DNA of 64,000 nt from Octopus vulgaris (taxonomy: Eukaryota), in contig OX597820.1 of assembly GCA_951406725.2 (NCBI GenBank), positions 103,168,001 to 103,232,000 of the forward strand, in the 5' to 3' direction. The position numbers and the translations under genes are program-made. Shown piece after piece: positions 58,509 through 64,000 of the stretch; the first letter of the stretch is position 1; the number at the start of each line of letters is the position of its first letter. The notes below the pieces were generated by a model that was not told the origin of the DNA, searched no databases, and saw only the letters and a list, made by a program, of their open reading frames with translations.

Positions 58509-61500
58509 CCCAAACATATCTTGCTCACCTCTTTATATTCTTCAATTGTTTACTGGTTGATTGTAACAGTTGACCTTTATTATTCACAATCTCTTCTTCA
58601 TATTCCAGAAGAAAAACCTTCTGGTTTTATCCTATGAAGCTTAACTGCAGTTAAAATAAATGTCTTCTTCGTATTCCAGCTGAAAATTTGGTTTTAACCC
58701 ATGAAGCATGACTACAGTTAAATGAAGACTGAAGTGAATTTTTGCCAGGAACATGGTACATATGAATCCAAAAACCCTAGTTTACAGTGATGCAGCAGTG
58801 TTACTAATACATATAGTGATTTACTTACTGGTATTGGCAGAAATAACTTACATCATTTGTAACCAGCATGGTTTAAAGCAGATAACAACCATATGGAGTA
58901 ATCTGAGCAGCGAGGTGCAAAGAAAAGTATCATACGTTATGATTAGACTGTAAGACTATCTCATTATAAAAAGTGTAATAAATTAATGGTATATAGGAAC
59001 AAAAGCTCTGTGACATGCTCAGAGTTACGAAATCACTTACGGTATGAAAATGATATGGCAGTCTTTTGTTTCTTTTTTCAATTATTTCTCTGATCTCGTT
59101 CAGCTGGAAGAGACAATAGAATGCTGTACTTCAGTTTTTCAATATTTAGTTTCATTCGTCCTATATTCTAAGTATAAATTTTGATGCAGCTGACATTACA
59201 TTTTTTTTTTTTTTCGAAAGTTATTATTAGTACACCAAAGTTAGTCCAAATAGACTTTGATGTAATAAAAATTGCCAGGCATCTACTTAAAAGTAATTAT
59301 TAGTTTTTAAGCAATTATTTAATTTTAGTCTAAATTAAAAACAATTCATAATAATTCTGACAGCTTAGTGCCATGAGTTATGTCCCTTGGACAAAGACTA
59401 ACTTTGTTCAGCGTTTGCCAGGTTTCACGAGATTGTATACCTACCTCTCGTTTCAGTGATTATCAAGAAAGGGAGCAATCGCTTCAATAATATGCAAATG
59501 TTTAAATTTTCAAAGACGAAAAAACAAAAAACAAAAAAAAATAAAAAGACCCAAAAACACCTTTTTGTGCTTGTATGGAGAAGCAAGTTTAAAAAATACT
59601 ATAAATATGACAAATATATGATAAAACAAATTTTTAAAGCATTTGTAAATACATTTACACTTTTCTGCTTGCGCATCATGGATTCAATACTCGTTATTTA
59701 AATTTCTTTATAAATTGATGAATTGATAATAATTTAAACTCTATCAATGTAAAAACCTTGAACAAAGTATTCTTCCTTCAAATTACATATGTGACCAATT
59801 TTTACAGATATTTAAAGATTAAATATTTTCTTATTACCATTATTTTCTATAAAAAGAAATAATCGTGTTGTCATTATTTTTCATGTTACTCTTCATTAAA
59901 TAATTTGTATGTGCATCCATTCAAAATCACTATCTACAGACAAGTAATGAGACATGGCTATATGATTAAGTATTTTACTTCCCAACCATGTGGTTTCAGG
60001 TTCAGTCCCTGTGTGACACTTTAGGCAAGTGTCTGTTACTATAATCGCTATGCCAACCAAAGCCTTGTTACTGGATTTGATAGATGGAAACCGAAAGAAG
60101 CCCATAGTTTGTGTGTGTGTATGCAGTTATGTATCCTAAACAGATTTCAAATTTTGACATGAGGTCAGCAATTTTGTGGTAAAGTGGAACAGTTGATTAC
60201 ATTGACTTCAGTTTTCAACTATTTATTTTATCAACCCTGAAAGCTTAAAAGGAAAAGTCAACCATGACAGAATTTGAACTCAGAACATACAATTGGATGA
60301 AATGCCACTAAGCATTCTGCCTGGCATGCTAACAATTTTTGCCAATTGATTGCCTTAGTTATATCTCTTATATTGACACCACATAATAATTGTAAATGAG
60401 TATCACCACCATACAAGCAGTGTCAATCATTTCCAGACTTCTGTCAAAATATGTTTATCCATGGGGAAATATTACGTTACTTGGAAACAGGGTGAGAGTT
60501 GGTGACAAGAAGGGTAACCTGCCATAGAAAATCTGGCTCAACAAATTTCTATCTGGTCCATGCAAGTATTGATATTGTGAGAGCAGAGGCTAACATTTAA
60601 AATTTTATTAAATGACTTTTGCTAACACAACCTCAGCTCATTGGACAAAGTGTCTTCTACTATAACCCCTAAATAAACCAAGGCCTTCTGAGTGAATTTA
60701 GTAAACAGAAACTGTGCAGAAGCCCATTGTATTTATATGTCTCTCTCTCTCTCTCTCTTGTATTTTACTGCTTGTCAATTAGTGATTGTTTACAGCCTTG
60801 TAACTTATTGGTTCAGCAAAATAAGGACTAATAAAATGAATGCCAGACTTAAATAAGGATTGAGAGTAATTTCATTGACTTGGCCCTTCAAGCAGTGTCT
60901 TGGCATGGCAGCAAAAACCAGTAAAGTGTGTATGTATATATATGCATGTGTGTGTGTTGTGTATATATATATATATATATATATAGGGAGAGTTTACGAA
61001 AAAACAAAAAGACGAAGACAAATGGTGTACAAAACAAACAGATGTATTAGTATAACGCTCAGGAATAGAAAAAGTCTTACGTTTCGAGCCTATGCTCTTC
61101 TACAGAAAGGAGAGAAAAATGTGTGTAGTGGCTAACGATCTATCATGGCAACTATATATATATATAATGTACGCACACACACACATATATTATATATATA
61201 TATATCTGGGCATATGGCCTAGTGGTTAGGCTGTTGCACTCACAATTGCTAGATCATAGATTTAGTTACCGGATGGGGTGGCATGTGTTCTTGAGCAAAA
61301 CACTTCATTTTGCATTACTTCAGTCCACTCAGCTGTAAATGGATAACCTGCAACAGAATAGCCTTCTGATCAGGAGTACTGTTGACTTGCTTCCTTAGCC
61401 AACTGGATGGCGTAATTTGAGAGCTAAAACAATGCAAAGTGCATTGTGACCAGTGATATATAACTGCATCGGATACTCTGGACGATCACATGATTATGTG

Positions 61501-62049
61501 CTATACATATTCATGTACTTTTGGACATGGAAAGACAATACACTGCACAAGTTGTCACTTGAGAAGAAAATTTCATTATTGATAAAATGAGTGTAAGGTT
61601 ACCAGTTGGCTAAGAATTATATCACCAAACCATGGGATGCATGTGTTTCTGTGTCATTACGTTCATCAGTTATGTATACCAAGCCATCATTCATGGCCAC
61701 TAAGTGATGGTCAATCCTATTGTAACATTTGCTGATGTGCGAAAAGCAGTGTCAAACTGGATTAAATCAATTAATGCTGCAATAAGCAACATTGACTGAA
61801 ATGAAGTTATATACAACCTTATTCAACATGTTTGTGTGGTTTTGGGCATGCAAAGACAATACGCTTAACCTGCTAGATAGCACATAGTTTCATCACACCC
61901 TACTGGTTGGCGTTAGGAAAGGCATCCAGCTGTAGAAACACTGCCAGATCTGACTGGCCAGGTGCAGCCTTCGGGCTCCCCAGACCCCAGTTGAACCGTC
62001 CAACCCATGCTAGCATGGAAAGCGGACGTTAAATGATGATGATGATGAT

Positions 62050-62355
62050 ATCACGTGACCGACCAGGCTATCAGATGTTGCTACACATCACTGGTCACAA
62101 TGTGCTTTGCATTGTTTTAGCCTTCAAGTGATGCCACTCCTCTGGCTAAGTGAGCAGGCCAACAGAAGAAAGAGTGAGAGAGAGAGAGAGTTGTGGCGAA
62201 AGAGTACAGCAGGGATCGCCACCACCCCCTGCTGGAGCCTTGTGGAGCTTTAAGTGTTTTCGCTCAATAAAGACTCACAACACCCAGTGTGGGAATCAAA
62301 ACCATGATCCTACGATCGCAAGTCTGCTGCCCTAACCACTCGGCCATTGCGCCTC

Positions 62356-62357
<2 letters not shown>
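62050..62357 (-). mobile_element. tRNA-SINE related to the 50562 family, with a different 3' body
   Basis: Same head (GGAGGCGCAATGGCCGAGTGGTTAGGGCAG) on the minus strand. Confidence 0.75.
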
Positions 62358-62413
<56 letters not shown>

Positions 62414-64000
62414 TTGTATGGGTCTGTGCAGGAGCCATTGCATAGCACCTTGGATAAATGTCTTCTATTAAAGCTTCATGCTGTGAATGCAATTAGTTGA
62501 TGGAAACTAGGAGGAAGCCCATTGCATAGGAGATCATTATGTGTGTGTGTATTATGAATGTTTTGTCTGCATGTCATTAACACCACCTGGCAATAAAAGG
62601 AATTCTGTTTCTTTATATACTCCAATAAGCAAAAGTCTATAGTTTCAGTTGAAACAGTCAAAGGAAAATACCTTACATGGAAAGCAGGTGATAGAACTGC
62701 TTGAGCAAGTTTCATTAAACTTATGCCAGCATGTGATAATGATGATTATCACGATGACAACAATAATATATGTGTCTATGTATGTATGTGTGTGTGTATA
62801 TATATATATATATATCAATAATAATAATGGGTAAAATTAATTAATTAGTAATTAATAATTTTACCAAGCAGTGTTCAGTATGTTAAAAGGACCATTTACG
62901 GTAAACTTAAACATTACTTTAGCTAAATTCTTTGGCTGCTATTTCTAAAAGTTCGGTATGTGGCAAAGCAAATTTGTTTCACTGAACCCTAATTATATAA
63001 AGTATATATATAGCTGGTAGAATCACTAGTATGTCAGATGAAATACTTATTGGCATATCTTTCAGGTTCTTACATTCTGAGTCCTAATCACACTGTAGTC
63101 AACTTGTGTGCTCACTAGATGGTGTACAGGATTGAGTAAATTGTGTACCAGAGCCCTCTGCCAGCTGGTAAGTTCACACAAATCTTACTTGCAGGTGCTG
63201 ACAACAGTTCCACATTTGTTTCCCCACTCTTCCTCCTAAGTCCACAATTTCAGGGCCACCAAAATCAATGTTGGCACAAGGAAAGGAAGGACTGGCAAGA
63301 TTACTAAAAATGCTATAGCAATGGTATGTAGACATGTGTGCATAAAGTAAGACTGAGGGAAGTCTTTGCTAAATTCCTCACTGGCAAGAAACAAAAGTTC
63401 AAGTTTGCTATGGTAGGTGACAGTGATGGGTGTGTAGTGTAGGCATACTTTTGGCAGAAATGTAAGAAGAGAAGGTAATTGAGGTAGTCAGTATGTGATA
63501 GGATAGTTGAGACTAATCTTAGATAAATCAACAGTTACCTTTGGACTGAATCTGAGACCACACAATTGAAAAGCCAGCTTCTGAACCACAGCCACACCTG
63601 TGACCACGATATTATACATCATCATCGTTTAACGTCCGTTTTCCATGTTAGCATGGGTTGGACGGTTCAACTGGGGTCTGGGAAGCCAGAAGGCTGCGCC
63701 AGGCCCAGTCTGATCAGGCAGTGTTTCCACAGCTGGATGCCCTTCCTAACGCCAACCACTTCGTGAGTGTAGTGGGTGCTTTTTACGTGCCACCTGCACA
63801 GGTGCCAGACGAGGCTGGCAAACAGCCACAATCGGATGGTGCTTTTTACGTGCCACCGGCACGGGGGCCAGACGAGGCGGCGCTGGCAACAGTCACGTTC
63901 GGATGGTTCTCTTACATGCCACTGGCACTGGTATCACAGCTACTAGGTATCACACACTCATGTACATGGATTTAAAAGTATGTAACCTAGTAAGAGTTTT

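Overview
AT-rich, repeat-dense animal genomic DNA; the repeat families suggest an octopus/coleoid cephalopod (inference). One gene spans most of the window on the + strand: GNPTAB (UDP-GlcNAc:lysosomal-enzyme GlcNAc-1-phosphotransferase alpha/beta precursor). I reconstructed it by hand as 28 GT-AG coding exons from 8382 to 58508 (3444 nt, one open frame, 1147 codons plus stop). The first coding exon was not found and probably lies upstream of the window. The protein shows Stealth CR1-CR4, two LNR/Notch repeats, a DMAP-binding-like motif, an RRLL|D site-1-protease site, an EF-hand and a C-terminal TM helix. Introns hold tRNA-derived SINEs, a (GAT)n-tailed retroelement with internal tandem units, LINE remnants, a Penelope remnant, mariner and pogo/Tigger remnants, hAT MITEs, a non-autonomous Helitron and long microsatellites. 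The main points of interest are: (1) several hammerhead-ribozyme motifs, including one at the apex of a near-perfect 240-bp-arm fold-back; (2) a full-length 5S rRNA copy joined to a retroelement 3' tail, antisense to a GNPTAB exon; (3) long intronic inverted repeats next to exons that could form dsRNA. All calls were read by eye, with no database searches.
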